Shown here: positions 38,652 to 54,500 of the stretch, one piece after another
Layout: each line of letters begins with the position of its first letter
Numbering within the stretch: position 1 is the stretch's first letter
Assembly: GCA_964016885.1 (NCBI GenBank)
Contig: OZ024759.1
Location: forward strand, 14,136,001-14,200,000
DNA: 64,000 nucleotides
Origin: Eledone cirrhosa
Taxonomy: Eukaryota
Direction: 5' to 3'
Program-made: the position numbers and the translations under genes
Notes under the pieces: generated by a model
The model's database searches: none
What the model saw: the letters and a program-made list of their open reading frames with translations, nothing else
What the model was told of the DNA's origin: nothing

Positions 38652-38834
38652 AAAGATAGCTTATAAGATAGGGTGTAGACCCTTAAAAGACGGAAAAAGA
38701 AGTTGCCAACGACCGGCATGAGGAATTGAACCTGATATCTCCGGTGTCTGAAATATATGGGGTTCAATTTTTATCATAGCGGCCGATGGCAACTTCTTTT
38801 TCAGGGTCTTCACCCTATTTTCTAAGCTATCTTT
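38652..38834. other. Fold-back hairpin, unit 6
   Basis: Same inverted arms as 8787-8969. Confidence 0.85.
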
Positions 38835-39503
38835 TCTAAACATCAATTCTACGATACTTTTTATCATCTCCATACTGAGAAACTAAAGCTCCATCCCTAA
38901 CCTAGGTCCCTAACACACAAATGTATATATATATATAGGGATTGATATATTAACGATACGTGTTATAATATATACGATATATATTATTTGTGTATATATA
39001 TATAACTTTAGTAAATCAATGAAATAATTCATCGTAATTTAATCCTCGTTATTTCATTGTTGATATCTGTTTCTCGCTTTCTCTTTCACTCTTTTTTTCT
39101 CACTCTGTATCTCTCTATCTGTCCCCCTCTCTAATTAGTTTATCTGATTATCTCCCCTTGACTATAATTTTTCTCGCTCAGCGAAATTGCGTGTGTGCAT
39201 GTCTGTATGTTTTTATAGTTTACTGGTTTCAGTCGTTTGACTGCGGTCATGCTGGGGCATAGGCTTGGTTTAGCTCATCATACTTACCTTAGTATCTATT
39301 TATGGGGCTTATGTTATCGATAGCGTTTCTATATATATGGAGAGAGAGAGATATTACGCTATTTTCTCATACTTGGTGTAACAAATATCTATATACAATA
39401 ATTCAATTTGCGTGGTCTACCTAGTACGGATATTCTTCACCGAATTTATTACGGTCGTGGGTCCCTAAAGCCCAGTAAAATAGAATGACTGTCATGCAGC
39501 CCT

Positions 39504-42500
39504 CCCCATACCTCCTCGCTTCATCAAGCGAGGAATCTCATGTTTTATATTATAAATGCCGGAAAAATAAAAGACAAGTGTTGTGAGATGGTGGAGATGT
39601 TAGAGAGGTGACAACAAGATGTGTGCTATGAGGAAGAAATTAGGTGTTGGGCCACTTCAGCCAGATTCGTTATAGGCAATGTACACCAGTACAAATTATT
39701 CTGGGTGTGTAGCAGTAAAGAATGGGTGGGATAAGTATACTCCTATCTGAAAAATGAGTAGACCAGGTAATTGAGGTAGTCAGGATATGTGATAGAAGAA
39801 TTAAACATAGACTAGTCTGGGTAATACAACAGCCACCTATACTACCTGTATGTAATCCACAGGCTAGACATAGAGACCAGCAGAAAGACCACTTCTATGA
39901 GGTCCTCTTGCAAGCTACATCAACAAATGACAGTGATCTCATTCTCACAGCTGGCGATGTCAATGGACATGTGAAACAGCAAGATGGATTTCATGTTGTA
40001 TATATAAGCTAGGATTCAGTACAAGAAATGGGGAGGGGTGAAGACTTCTGGAGTTCATTGATTCTCTTGATCTAACAATCTGGAACATAAACCTCAAGGA
40101 AGTAGTCAGCTACTTGGTCAGTTACTAATCAGGTGGACACATAAACCAAATAGACTTCATTCTGATCAAGAAATGAGACAGGCAAATGGTTGTAAATGCC
40201 AAGTGCTTTCCTGGGGAAGAATGTACCTTCCACCATAGATTGGGTGTCAGTGACATTTGAGTAAGAGCAAGGTGGACCAAGAGACAAAGGCTGTCTTTAG
40301 ATCTACAAATGCTAGATATAGTGGCTTAATCTTAGCTAAGTTCTTCTGTAATTCTATCAGTTGAACATTGGCATCACCCCTATCTGTCATAAATCAAAAC
40401 TGCATTATATCTAACTTGAATCTGTCCTTAATTAGTTGGAGCAGTCATTGGGTATGACACCATCCTGTACTACTTGATTAACTATACGTGTGACTAACTC
40501 ATATTTGACCATACCAGATTATTTTAGACTCTCAGCATCCATACAGGATGGCCCAGCTGCCTTCCCTAACTGAATCTCATTAATTGATTTATGTATTACA
40601 ATTCTGACAACTTTTATGACTGGCCCCTCAGTTTGGTTTACATGATGTCGGCCCCCACTGTCCCATTTATCTTCCACGCTCAGCAGCCTCTTATACTGAG
40701 TCTGCCATGCCTGTTTTGAGCAACCTACAGGGCAAGTGTTTAACTATCATTTTGGATACACTTTTTAAACATAGACTAGTCTGAGTAATACAACAGCCAC
40801 CTATACTACCTGTATGTAATCCACAGGCTAGACATAGAGACCTGCAGAAAGACCACTTCTATGAGGTCTTCTTGCAAGCTACATCAACAACAATGGACAT
40901 GTGAAACAGCAAGATGGATTTCATGTTGTATATAGAGGCTAGGCTTACAGTACAAGAAATTGGGAAGGGTCCAGACTTCTGGTGTTCAGAGATTCTCTTG
41001 ATCTAACTATCTGGAACATAAACTTCAGGGAAGTAGTCAGCTACTTGGTCAGTTACTAATCAGGTGGACACATAAACCAAATAGACTTCATTCTGATCAA
41101 GAAATAAGACAGGCAAATGGTTGTAAATGCCAAGTCCTTTCCTGGGGAAGAATGTACCTTCCACCATAGACTGGGTGTCAGTGACATTTGAGTAAGAGCT
41201 AGGTGGACCAAGAGACAAATGCCAGTCTGGAGAAGGAAGACCTTGAAACATTGAAACTGAGAGAATCTTCTCAAGGTAACAAATTTAGAGAAATCCCTCT
41301 TGAGGCCTATGACTGTTAGGAAGAAGAATTAGAGATATATAACATGGAGAAATATTGGTAAATTCTACATGACACCCTTCTGGTAGCTATAAGCTAGGTT
41401 AGACCAAGAGAGAGGGTGATGTTGTGGTGGAAGGATAAGGAAGAAAAAGCAATTAGATTATTTTAGCCTCTCAGCAACTATACAGGATGGTCCAGCTGGC
41501 TTCTCTACCTACATCCCATTAATTGCTTTATCTATATGAGTTCAAATCCCGCCGAGGTTGACTTTGCCTTTCATCCTTACGGGGTCGATAAAATAAAGTA
41601 CCAGTAATGCACTGGATAATTGCTGGCCTTGTGCCTAAAGTAGAAACAATTAATTGCTTTATCTATTACTATGCTGACAACTTTTATGACTTTCCCTCAG
41701 TTGGATTTACAGGCAATAAATTTAGAGAAATATTTCTTGAGGCCTATGACTGTAAGGATATAAAACATACAGAAAAATTGGGAAACTCTACGACACCCTG
41801 CTGGTAGCTATAAGCCTGTGGTTGAAACAAGGTTCGACCAAGACAGAGGGTGCTCTTGTGGTGGAAGGATAAGGAAGAAAGACCCATTAGAAGAACAATA
41901 TCAGCCTGGAGATAATGGAGGAATGGAGGAGACAGCAAGTAATAACAGGCAACTAAAAGAGAGGCCAGGTACCAAGTATATATAACAAGGGGAGAGGCAG
42001 AAAAGTAGAAATTTGCAAATGTTTTCTGCAATCAAATCCCATGTTTTTCTGCTGTGTAGTATTGTAGTTCATACACAGGCATTATACAGTCTACTCATCT
42101 CTGTGGGAGGAAAGCCCTTTGTTATCAGCAGTGTTAATAGCTCTATAAACATCTCCTATCCTGTTCTTAGCCAATGTATCACACTTTTAGCACCTCGTCC
42201 CCCACTGCAAATTTGATGGCCTTGGTAAGAAAAGCCCTTGTAAGCCATTGATCTACACCTAGCTTCTTGTGCCTACTAGATTATAGGGCCTGAAATTGAG
42301 TCAAAGGCTGTCTTTAGATCTACAAAAGATAGATATAGTGGCTTAATCTTAGCTAAGTTCTTCTGTAATTCTATCAGATGAACATTGGCATCACCCCTAT
42401 CTGTCATAAATCAAAACTGCATTATATCTAACTTGAATCTGTCCTTAATTAGTTGGAGCAGTCATTGGGTACTACTTGATTAACTATACATGTGACTAAC

Positions 42501-45500
42501 TCATATTTTACCATACCAGATTATTTTAGCCTCTCAGCAACTATACAGGATGGCCCAGCTGCCTTCTCTAACTTCATCTCATTAATTGATTTATCTATTA
42601 CAAGGCTGACAACTTTTATGACTGGCCCCTCAGTTGGGTTTACATGGGGTCGGCCCTCACTTTCCATTTATTTTGCACGCTCAGCAGCCTCTTATACTGA
42701 GTCTGCCATGCCTGTTTTGAGCAACCTACAGGGCCAGTGTTTAACTATCGTTTCGGATACACTTTTTAAACATAGACTAGTCTGGGTAATTCAACAGCCA
42801 CCTGTACTACCTGTATATAATCCACAGGCTAGACATAGAGACCATGGAAAGACCACTTCTATGAGGACCTCTTGCAAGCTAGATCTACAACAAATGACAG
42901 TGATTACATTCTCACAGCTGGCGATTTCAATGGACATGTGAAACAGCAAGATGGATTTCATGTTGTATATAGAGGCTAGGCTTACAGTACAAGAAATTGG
43001 GAAGGGTCCAGACTTCTGGTGTTCAGAGATTCTCTTGATCTAACCATCTGGAACATAAACTTCAAGGAAGTAGTCAGCTACTTGGTCAGTTACTAATCAG
43101 GTGGACACATAAACCAAATAGACTTCATTCTGATCAGGAAATCAGACAGGCAAATGGTTGAAAATGACAAGTCCTTTTCTGGGGAAGAATGTACCTTCCA
43201 CCATAGATTGGGTGTCAGTGACATTTGAGTAAGAGCTAGGTGGACCAAGAGACAAATGCCAGTCTGGAGAACGAAGACCTTGAAACATTGAAACTGAGAG
43301 AATCTTCTCTAGGTAACAAATTTAGAGAAATCCCTCTTGAGGCCTATGACTGTAAGGAAGAGGAATTAAAGATACATAACATAGAGAAATATTGGTAAAT
43401 TCTACATGACACCCTGCTGGTAGCTATAAGCTAGGTTCGACCAAGATAGAGGGTGATGTTGTGGTGGAAGGATAAGGAAGAAAAAGCAATTAGATTATTC
43501 TAGCCTCTCAGCAACTATACAGGATGGTCCAGCTGCCTTCTCTACCTCCATCCCATTAATTGCTTTATCTATTACTATGCTGACAACTTTTATGACTGTC
43601 CCCTCAGTTGGATTTACAGGCAACAAATTTAGAGAAATATTTCTTGAGGCCTGTGACTGTAAGGCCGAAGAATTAGAGGATATAAAACATACAGAAAAAT
43701 TGGGAAACTCTACGTCACCCTGCTGGTAGCTATAAGCCTGTGCTTGAAACAAGGTTCGACCAAGACAGAGGGTGATGTTGTGGTGGAAGGATAAGGAAGA
43801 AAGACCCATTAGAAGAACAATATCAGCCTGGAGATAATGGAGGAATGGAGGAGACAGCAAGTAATACCAGGCAACTAAAAGAGAGGCCAGGTACCAAGTA
43901 TATATAACAAGGGGAGAGGCAGAAAAGTAGAAAATTTGCAAATGTTTTCTGCAATCAAATCCCATGTTTTACTGCTGTGTAGTATTGTAGTTCATACACA
44001 GGCATTATACAGTCTACTCATCTCGTGGGAGGAAAGCCCTCTGTTATCAGCAGTGTTAATAGCTCTATAAACATCTCCTATCCTGTTCTTAGCCAATGTA
44101 TCCCACTTTTAGCACCTCCTCCCCCACTGCAAATTTGATGGCCTAGGTAAGAAAAGCCCTTGTAAACCATTGATCTACACCTAGCTTCTTGTGCCTACCA
44201 GATTATAGGGCCTGAAATTGAGTCAAAGGCTGTCTTTAGATCTACAAAAGCTAGATATAGTGGCTTAATCTTAGCTAAGTTCTTCTGTAATTGTATCAGA
44301 TGAACATTGGCATCACCCCTATCTGTCATAAATCAAAACTGCATTATATCTAACTTGAATCTGTCCTTAATTAGTTGGAGCAGTCATTGGGTATGACACC
44401 ATCCTGTACTACTTGATTAACTATACGTGTGACTAACTCATATTTTACCATACCAGATTATTTTAGTCACTCAGCAACTATACAGCATGGTCCAGCTGCC
44501 TTCTCTACCTTAATCTCATTAATTGATTTATGTATTACAATTCTGACAACTTTTATGACTGGCCCCTTAGTTTGGTTTACATGATGTCGGCCCTCACTGT
44601 CCCATTTATCTTCCACGCTCAGCAGCCTCTTATACTGAGTCTGCCATGCCTGTTTTGAGCAACCTACAGGGCAAGTGTTTAACTATCATTTCGGATACAC
44701 TTTTTAAACATAGACTAGTCTGAGTAATACAACAGCCACCTATACTACCTGTATGTAATCCACAGGCTAGACATAGAGACCTGCAGAAAGACCACTTCTA
44801 TGAGGTCTTCTTGCAAGCTACATCAACAACAATGGACATGTGAAACAGCAAGATGGATTTCATGTTGTATATAGAGGCTAGGCTTACAGTACAAGAAATT
44901 GGGAAGGGTCCAGACTTCTGGTGTTCAGAGATTCTCTTGATCTAACTATCTGGAACATAAACGTCAGGGAAGTAGTCAGCTACTTGGTCAGTTACTAATC
45001 AGGTGGACACTTAAACCAAATAGACTTCATTCTGATCAAGAAATAAGACAGGCAAATGGTTGTAAATGCCAAGTCCTTTCCTGGGGAAGAATGTACCTTC
45101 CACCATAGATTGGGTGTCAGTGACATTTGAATAAGAGCTAGGTGGACCAAGAGACAAATGCCAGTCTGGAGAAGGAAGACCTTGAAACATTGAAACTGAG
45201 AGAATCTTCTCTAGGTAACAAATTTAGAGAAATCCCTCTTGAGGCCTATGACTGTTAGGAAGAAGAATTAGAGATATATAACATGGAGAAATATTGGTAA
45301 ATTCTACATGACACCCTTCTGGTAGCTATAAGCTAGGTTAGACCAAGAGAGAGGGTGATGTTGTGGTGGAAGGATAAGGAAGAAAAAGCAATTAGATTAT
45401 TTTAGCCTCTCAGCAACTATACAGGATGGTCCAGCTGCCTTCTCTACCTACATCCCATTAATTGCTTTATCTATTACTATGCTGACAACTTTTATGACTT

Positions 45501-47058
45501 TCCCTCAGTTGGATTTACAGGCAATAAATTTAGAGAAATATTTCTTGAGGCCTATGACTGTAAGGATATAAAACATACAGAAAAATTGGGAAACTCTACG
45601 ACACCCTGCTGGTAGCTATAAGCCTGTGGTTGAAACAAGGTTCGACCAAGACAGAGGGTGCTCTTGTGGTGGAAGGATAACGAAGAAAGACCCATTAGAA
45701 GAACAATATCAGCCTGGAGATAATGGAGGAATGGAGGAGACAGCAAGTAATAACAGGCAACTAAAAGAGAGGCCAGGTACCAAGTATATATAACAAGGGG
45801 AGAGGCAGAAAAGTAGAAAATTTGCAAATGTTTTCTGCAATCAAATCCCATGTTTTTCTGCTGTGTAGTATTGTAGTTCATACACAGGCATTATACAGTC
45901 TACTCATCTCTGTGGGAGGAAAGCCCTTTGTTACCAGCAGTGTTAATAGCTCTATAAACATCTCCTATCCTGTTCTTAGTCAATGTATCCCACTTTTAGC
46001 ACCTCCTCGCCCACTGCAAATTTGATGGCCTAGGTAAGAAAAGCCCTTGTAAACCATTGATCTACACCTAGCTTCTTGTGCCTACCAGATTATAGGGCCT
46101 GAAATTGAGTCAAAGGCTGTCTTTAGATCTACAAAAGCTAGATATAGTGGCTTAATCTTAGCTAAGTTCTTCTGTAATTGTATCAGATGAACATTGGCAT
46201 CACCCCTATCTGTCATAAATCGAAACTGCATTATATCTAACTTGAATCTGTCCTTAATTAGTTGGACCAGTCATTGGGTATGACACCATCCTGTACTACT
46301 TGATTAACTATACGTGTGACTAACTCATATTTTACCATACCAGATTATTTTAGTCTCTCAGCAACTATACAGCATGGTCCAGCTGCCTTCTCTACCTTCA
46401 TCTCATTAATTGATTTATCTATTACAATGCTGACAACTTTTATGACTGGCCCCTCAGTTGGGTTTACATGAGGTAGGCCCTCACTGTCCCATCTATTTTG
46501 CACGCTCAGCAGCCTCTTATACTGAGTCTGCCATGCCTGTTTTGAGCAACCTACAGGGAAAGTGTTTAACTATCATTTCGGATACACTTTTTCCATACCA
46601 CATCATGACTTTCTCTAGCACACTGTTTCAGAATCTGGAACAATATACACTCACAGTACACACTGTAAAATGGTTGGTGATTGGAAAGATATCCAGCCAT
46701 AGAAATCTTTCCAAATATAGGGTTGGAAGATTCTTCTGTTGTGTCAAGGAGATGACAGGCTCCCTAGTTTTGGTGACCTACACAATAAACACACTCAGTA
46801 CACCCTGTATAGGAAGGGCATCAAACCGTAGAAAGCTTACTAAAGAAAAGGTTGGGAGGACCTTTCATTTGTGTGGAAGATGAAACCTCTCCTGTGCACT
46901 CAATAGAACATAAGACCATACATAAGTGAGAAGCAGAACCCCTGGCCCGCCAAGGAGATTAGTATACACACTTCAGTACTGACTTGGTCTATGTAGATCC
47001 GTCCAACCCTTGCTAGCAGGGAAAGTGGACTTTAAACTGTGATGATGAAGATGGTGAT
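39504..47058 (+). mobile_element. Dead rearranged RTE LINE, unit 6 (S-L-L-L)
   Basis: APE block restarts near 39802, 40767, 42768 and 44706. Confidence 0.85.
41536..41648 (+). mobile_element. 5'-truncated SINE insertion with 18-bp target-site duplication
   Basis: attaattgctttatctat at 41518-41535 and 41649-41666 flanks atgagttcaaatcccgccgagg...gtagaaaca. The site is empty in the other L sub-repeats. Confidence 0.9.
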
Positions 47059-47700
47059 ATATATAGGGCAACTTTCCACATTAACCGTCTATAAAATTCC
47101 ACTGATAACTTATTTATATTTACGTGTATATATCCGTGTGTGTAAATGCATGTATTTGTTTTTCTGTGTATATATATATATATATATATAAAGATATATT
47201 TATGGATACATATATGTAATTTTTTAAATAATGTTTTCTTTTATTGTTCAATGTTTCCTTTTGCTTCATTTCAAATATATTTTAGATTGGTGTCCCAATG
47301 TATATCAATTCTGTTTTGTTTATCTGTTACGTGCCTCACCATTTCGTGAGTAAATGTCGGTGGCTGCTATTTCTAGCATGTCAGTCAACTACCTTCCCAA
47401 CCATAATTTTAGCGCGATTCTGGATCTTCCTGTTTATGATGTTTACAGAATTATCAAATAACTGTCCCCCTCAAAATGTTAAGGCTAACGAGGCCCCTGT
47501 ATATGTATAATATAAAATTATTTGAATTAAAATTATAGAAAATCTTTAGATTAATATTGGGAAAATACTTGGAAATAATTTAGCGTGAATTAAATAGTTG
47601 TTTTATAAACAATGTACGAAGCTGAAATTTCGGCTTTTGATGAGCTGAGGATATATATATATATAAGTATAATGGAAGTTATCAAGCACAGAAATGCTAT

Positions 47701-47883
47701 AAAGATAGCTTATAAGATAGGGTGTAGACCCTTAAAAGACGGAAAAAGAAGTTGCCAACGACCGGCATGAGGAATTGAACCTGATATCTCCGGTGTCTGA
47801 AATATATGGGGTTCAATTTTTATCATAGCGGCCGATGGCAACTTCTTTTTCAGGGTCTTCACCCTATTTTCTAAGCTATCTTT
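47701..47883. other. Fold-back hairpin, unit 7
   Basis: Identical to the unit 6 copy. Confidence 0.85.
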
Positions 47884-48552
47884 TCTAAACATCAATTCTA
47901 CGATACTTTTTATCATCTCCATACTGAGAAACTAAAGCTCCATCCCTAACCTAGGTCCCTAACACACAAATGTATATATATATATAGGGATTGATATATT
48001 AACGATACGTGTTATAATATATACGATATATATTATTTGTGTATATATATATAACTTTAGTAAATCAATGAAATAATTCATCGTAATTTAATCCTCGTTA
48101 TTTCATTGTTGATATCTGTTTCTCGCTTTCTCTTTCACTCTTTTTTTCTCACTCTGTATCTCTCTATCTGTCCCCCTCTCTAATTAGTTTATCTGATTAT
48201 CTCCCCTTGACTATAATTTTTCTCGCTCAGCGAAATTGCGTGTGTGCATGTCTGTATGTTTTTATAGTTTACTGGTTTCAGTCGTTTGACTGCGGTCATG
48301 CTGGGGCATAGGCTTGGTTTAGCTCATCATACTTACCTTAGTATCTATTTATGGGGCTTATGTTATCGATAGCGTTTCTATATATATGGAGAGAGAGAGA
48401 TATTACGCTATTTTCTCATACTTGGTGTAACAAATATCTATATACAATAATTCAATTTGCGTGGTCTACCTAGTACGGATATTCTTCACCGAATTTATTA
48501 CGGTCGTGGGTCCCTAAAGCCCAGTAAAATAGAATGACTGTCATGCAGCCCT

Positions 48553-51500
48553 CCCCATACCTCCTCGCTTCATCAAGCGAGGAATCTCATGTTTTATATT
48601 ATAAATGCCGGAAAAATAAAAGACAAGTGTTGTGAGATGGTGGAGATGTTAGAGAGGTGACAACAAGATGTGTGCTATGAGGAAGAAATTAGGTGTTGGG
48701 CCACTTCAGCCAGATTCGTTATAGGCAATGTACACCAGTACAAATTATTCTGGGTGTGTAGCAGTAAAGAATGGGTGGGATAAGTATACTCCTATCTGAA
48801 AAATGAGTAGACCAGGTAATTGAGGTAGTCAGGATATGTGATAGAAGAATTAAACATAGACTAGTCTGGGTAATACAACAGCCACCTATACTACCTGTAT
48901 GTAATCCACAGGCTAGACATAGAGACCAGCAGAAAGACCACTTCTATGAGGTCCTCTTGCAAGCTACATCAACAAATGACAGTGATCTCATTCTCACAGC
49001 TGGCGATGTCAATGGACATGTGAAACAGCAAGATGGATTTCATGTTGTATATATAAGCTAGGATTCAGTACAAGAAATGGGGAGGGGTGAAGACTTCTGG
49101 AGTTCAGTGATTCTCTTGATCTAACAATCTGGAACATAAACCTCAAGGAAGTAGTCAGCTACTTGGTCAGTTACTAATCAGGTGGACACATAAACCAAAT
49201 AGACTTCATTCTGATCAAGAAATGAGACAGGCAAATGGTTGTAAATGCCAAGTGCTTTCCTGGGGAAGAATGTACCTTCCACCATAGATTGGGTGTCAGT
49301 GACATTTGAGTAAGAGCAAGGTGGACCAAGAGACAAAGGCTGTCTTTAGATCTACAAATGCTAGATATAGTGGCTTAATCTTAGCTAAGTTCTTCTGTAA
49401 TTCTATCAGTTGAACATTGGCATCACCCCTATCTGTCATAAATCAAAACTGCATTATATCTAACTTGAATCTGTCCTTAATTAGTTGGAGCAGTCATTGG
49501 GTATGACACCATCCTGTACTACTTGATTAACTATACGTGTGACTAACTCATATTTGACCATACCAGATTATTTTAGACTCTCAGCATCCATACAGGATGG
49601 CCCAGCTGCCTTCCCTAACTGAATCTCATTAATTGATTTATGTATTACAATTCTGACAACTTTTATGACTGGCCCCTCAGTTTGGTTTACATGATGTCGG
49701 CCCCCACTGTCCCATTTATCTTCCACGCTCAGCAGCCTCTTATACTGAGTCTGCCATGCCTGTTTTGAGCAACCTACAGGGCAAGTGTTTAACTATCATT
49801 TTGGATACACTTTTTAAACATAGACTAGTCTGAGTAATACAACAGCCACCTATACTACCTGTATGTAATCCACAGGCTAGACATAGAGACCTGCAGAAAG
49901 ACCACTTCTATGAGGTCTTCTTGCAAGCTACATCAACAACAATGGACATGTGAAACAGCAAGATGGATTTCATGTTGTATATAGAGGCTAGGCTTACAGT
50001 ACAAGAAATTGGGAAGGGTCCAGACTTCTGGTGTTCAGAGATTCTCTTGATCTAACTATCTGGAACATAAACTTCAGGGAAGTAGTCAGCTACTTGGTCA
50101 GTTACTAATCAGGTGGACACATAAACCAAATAGACTTCATTCTGATCAAGAAATAAGACAGGCAAATGGTTGTAAATGCCAAGTCCTTTCCTGGGGAAGA
50201 ATGTACCTTCCACCATAGACTGGGTGTCAGTGACATTTGAGTAAGAGCTAGGTGGACCAAGAGACAAATGCCAGTCTGGAGAAGGAAGACCTTGAAACAT
50301 TGAAACTGAGAGAATCTTCTCAAGGTAACAAATTTAGAGAAATCCCTCTTGAGGCCTATGACTGTTAGGAAGAAGAATTAGAGATATATAACATGGAGAA
50401 ATATTGGTAAATTCTACATGACACCCTTCTGGTAGCTATAAGCTAGGTTAGACCAAGAGAGAGGGTGATGTTGTGGTGGAAGGATAAGGAAGAAAAAGCA
50501 ATTAGATTATTTTAGCCTCTCAGCAACTATACAGGATGGTCCAGCTGGCTTCTCTACCTACATCCCATTAATTGCTTTATCTATATGAGTTCAAATCCCG
50601 CCGAGGTTGACTTTGCCTTTCATCCTTACGGGGTCGATAAAATAAAGTACCAGTAATGCACTGGATAATTGCTGGCCTTGTGCCTAAAGTAGAAACAATT
50701 AATTGCTTTATCTATTACTATGCTGACAACTTTTATGACTTTCCCTCAGTTGGATTTACAGGCAATAAATTTAGAGAAATATTTCTTGAGGCCTATGACT
50801 GTAAGGATATAAAACATACAGAAAAATTGGGAAACTCTACGACACCCTGCTGGTAGCTATAAGCCTGTGGTTGAAACAAGGTTCGACCAAGACAGAGGGT
50901 GCTCTTGTGGTGGAAGGATAAGGAAGAAAGACCCATTAGAAGAACAATATCAGCCTGGAGATAATGGAGGAATGGAGGAGACAGCAAGTAATAACAGGCA
51001 ACTAAAAGAGAGGCCAGGTACCAAGTATATATAACAAGGGGAGAGGCAGAAAAGTAGAAATTTGCAAATGTTTTCTGCAATCAAATCCCATGTTTTTCTG
51101 CTGTGTAGTATTGTAGTTCATACACAGGCATTATACAGTCTACTCATCTCTGTGGGAGGAAAGCCCTTTGTTATCAGCAGTGTTAATAGCTCTATAAACA
51201 TCTCCTATCCTGTTCTTAGCCAATGTATCACACTTTTAGCACCTCGTCCCCCACTGCAAATTTGATGGCCTTGGTAAGAAAAGCCCTTGTAAGCCATTGA
51301 TCTACACCTAGCTTCTTGTGCCTACTAGATTATAGGGCCTGAAATTGAGTCAAAGGCTGTCTTTAGATCTACAAAAGATAGATATAGTGGCTTAATCTTA
51401 GCTAAGTTCTTCTGTAATTCTATCAGATGAACATTGGCATCACCCCTATCTGTCATAAATCAAAACTGCATTATATCTAACTTGAATCTGTCCTTAATTA

Positions 51501-54500
51501 GTTGGAGCAGTCATTGGGTACTACTTGATTAACTATACATGTGACTAACTCATATTTTACCATACCAGATTATTTTAGCCTCTCAGCAACTATACAGGAT
51601 GGCCCAGCTGCCTTCTCTAACTTCATCTCATTAATTGATTTATCTATTACAAGGCTGACAACTTTTATGACTGGCCCCTCAGTTGGGTTTACATGGGGTC
51701 GGCCCTCACTTTCCATTTATTTTGCACGCTCAGCAGCCTCTTATACTGAGTCTGCCATGCCTGTTTTGAGCAACCTACAGGGCCAGTGTTTAACTATCGT
51801 TTCGGATACACTTTTTAAACATAGACTAGTCTGGGTAATTCAACAGCCACCTGTACTACCTGTATATAATCCACAGGCTAGACATAGAGACCATGGAAAG
51901 ACCACTTCTATGAGGACCTCTTGCAAGCTAGATCTACAACAAATGACAGTGATTACATTCTCACAGCTGGCGATTTCAATGGACATGTGAAACAGCAAGA
52001 TGGATTTCATGTTGTATATAGAGGCTAGGCTTACAGTACAAGAAATTGGGAAGGGTCCAGACTTCTGGTGTTCAGAGATTCTCTTGATCTAACCATCTGG
52101 AACATAAACTTCAAGGAAGTAGTCAGCTACTTGGTCAGTTACTAATCAGGTGGACACATAAACCAAATAGACTTCATTCTGATCAGGAAATCAGACAGGC
52201 AAATGGTTGAAAATGACAAGTCCTTTTCTGGGGAAGAATGTACCTTCCACCATAGATTGGGTGTCAGTGACATTTGAGTAAGAGCTAGGTGGACCAAGAG
52301 ACAAATGCCAGTCTGGAGAACGAAGACCTTGAAACATTGAAACTGAGAGAATCTTCTCTAGGTAACAAATTTAGAGAAATCCCTCTTGAGGCCTATGACT
52401 GTAAGGAAGAGGAATTAAAGATACATAACATAGAGAAATATTGGTAAATTCTACATGACACCCTGCTGGTAGCTATAAGCTAGGTTCGACCAAGATAGAG
52501 GGTGATGTTGTGGTGGAAGGATAAGGAAGAAAAAGCAATTAGATTATTCTAGCCTCTCAGCAACTATACAGGATGGTCCAGCTGCCTTCTCTACCTCCAT
52601 CCCATTAATTGCTTTATCTATTACTATGCTGACAACTTTTATGACTGTCCCCTCAGTTGGATTTACAGGCAACAAATTTAGAGAAATATTTCTTGAGGCC
52701 TGTGACTGTAAGGCCGAAGAATTAGAGGATATAAAACATACAGAAAAATTGGGAAACTCTACGTCACCCTGCTGGTAGCTATAAGCCTGTGCTTGAAACA
52801 AGGTTCGACCAAGACAGAGGGTGATGTTGTGGTGGAAGGATAAGGAAGAAAGACCCATTAGAAGAACAATATCAGCCTGGAGATAATGGAGGAATGGAGG
52901 AGACAGCAAGTAATACCAGGCAACTAAAAGAGAGGCCAGGTACCAAGTATATATAACAAGGGGAGAGGCAGAAAAGTAGAAAATTTGCAAATGTTTTCTG
53001 CAATCAAATCCCATGTTTTACTGCTGTGTAGTATTGTAGTTCATACACAGGCATTATACAGTCTACTCATCTCGTGGGAGGAAAGCCCTCTGTTATCAGC
53101 AGTGTTAATAGCTCTATAAACATCTCCTATCCTGTTCTTAGCCAATGTATCCCACTTTTAGCACCTCCTCCCCCACTGCAAATTTGATGGCCTAGGTAAG
53201 AAAAGCCCTTGTAAACCATTGATCTACACCTAGCTTCTTGTGCCTACCAGATTATAGGGCCTGAAATTGAGTCAAAGGCTGTCTTTAGATCTACAAAAGC
53301 TAGATATAGTGGCTTAATCTTAGCTAAGTTCTTCTGTAATTGTATCAGATGAACATTGGCATCACCCCTATCTGTCATAAATCAAAACTGCATTATATCT
53401 AACTTGAATCTGTCCTTAATTAGTTGGAGCAGTCATTGGGTATGACACCATCCTGTACTACTTGATTAACTATACGTGTGACTAACTCATATTTTACCAT
53501 ACCAGATTATTTTAGTCACTCAGCAACTATACAGCATGGTCCAGCTGCCTTCTCTACCTTAATCTCATTAATTGATTTATGTATTACAATTCTGACAACT
53601 TTTATGACTGGCCCCTTAGTTTGGTTTACATGATGTCGGCCCTCACTGTCCCATTTATCTTCCACGCTCAGCAGCCTCTTATACTGAGTCTGCCATGCCT
53701 GTTTTGAGCAACCTACAGGGCAAGTGTTTAACTATCATTTCGGATACACTTTTTAAACATAGACTAGTCTGAGTAATACAACAGCCACCTATACTACCTG
53801 TATGTAATCCACAGGCTAGACATAGAGACCTGCAGAAAGACCACTTCTATGAGGTCTTCTTGCAAGCTACATCAACAACAATGGACATGTGAAACAGCAA
53901 GATGGATTTCATGTTGTATATAGAGGCTAGGCTTACAGTACAAGAAATTGGGAAGGGTCCAGACTTCTGGTGTTCAGAGATTCTCTTGATCTAACTATCT
54001 GGAACATAAACGTCAGGGAAGTAGTCAGCTACTTGGTCAGTTACTAATCAGGTGGACACTTAAACCAAATAGACTTCATTCTGATCAAGAAATAAGACAG
54101 GCAAATGGTTGTAAATGCCAAGTCCTTTCCTGGGGAAGAATGTACCTTCCACCATAGATTGGGTGTCAGTGACATTTGAATAAGAGCTAGGTGGACCAAG
54201 AGACAAATGCCAGTCTGGAGAAGGAAGACCTTGAAACATTGAAACTGAGAGAATCTTCTCTAGGTAACAAATTTAGAGAAATCCCTCTTGAGGCCTATGA
54301 CTGTTAGGAAGAAGAATTAGAGATATATAACATGGAGAAATATTGGTAAATTCTACATGACACCCTTCTGGTAGCTATAAGCTAGGTTAGACCAAGAGAG
54401 AGGGTGATGTTGTGGTGGAAGGATAAGGAAGAAAAAGCAATTAGATTATTTTAGCCTCTCAGCAACTATACAGGATGGTCCAGCTGCCTTCTCTACCTAC

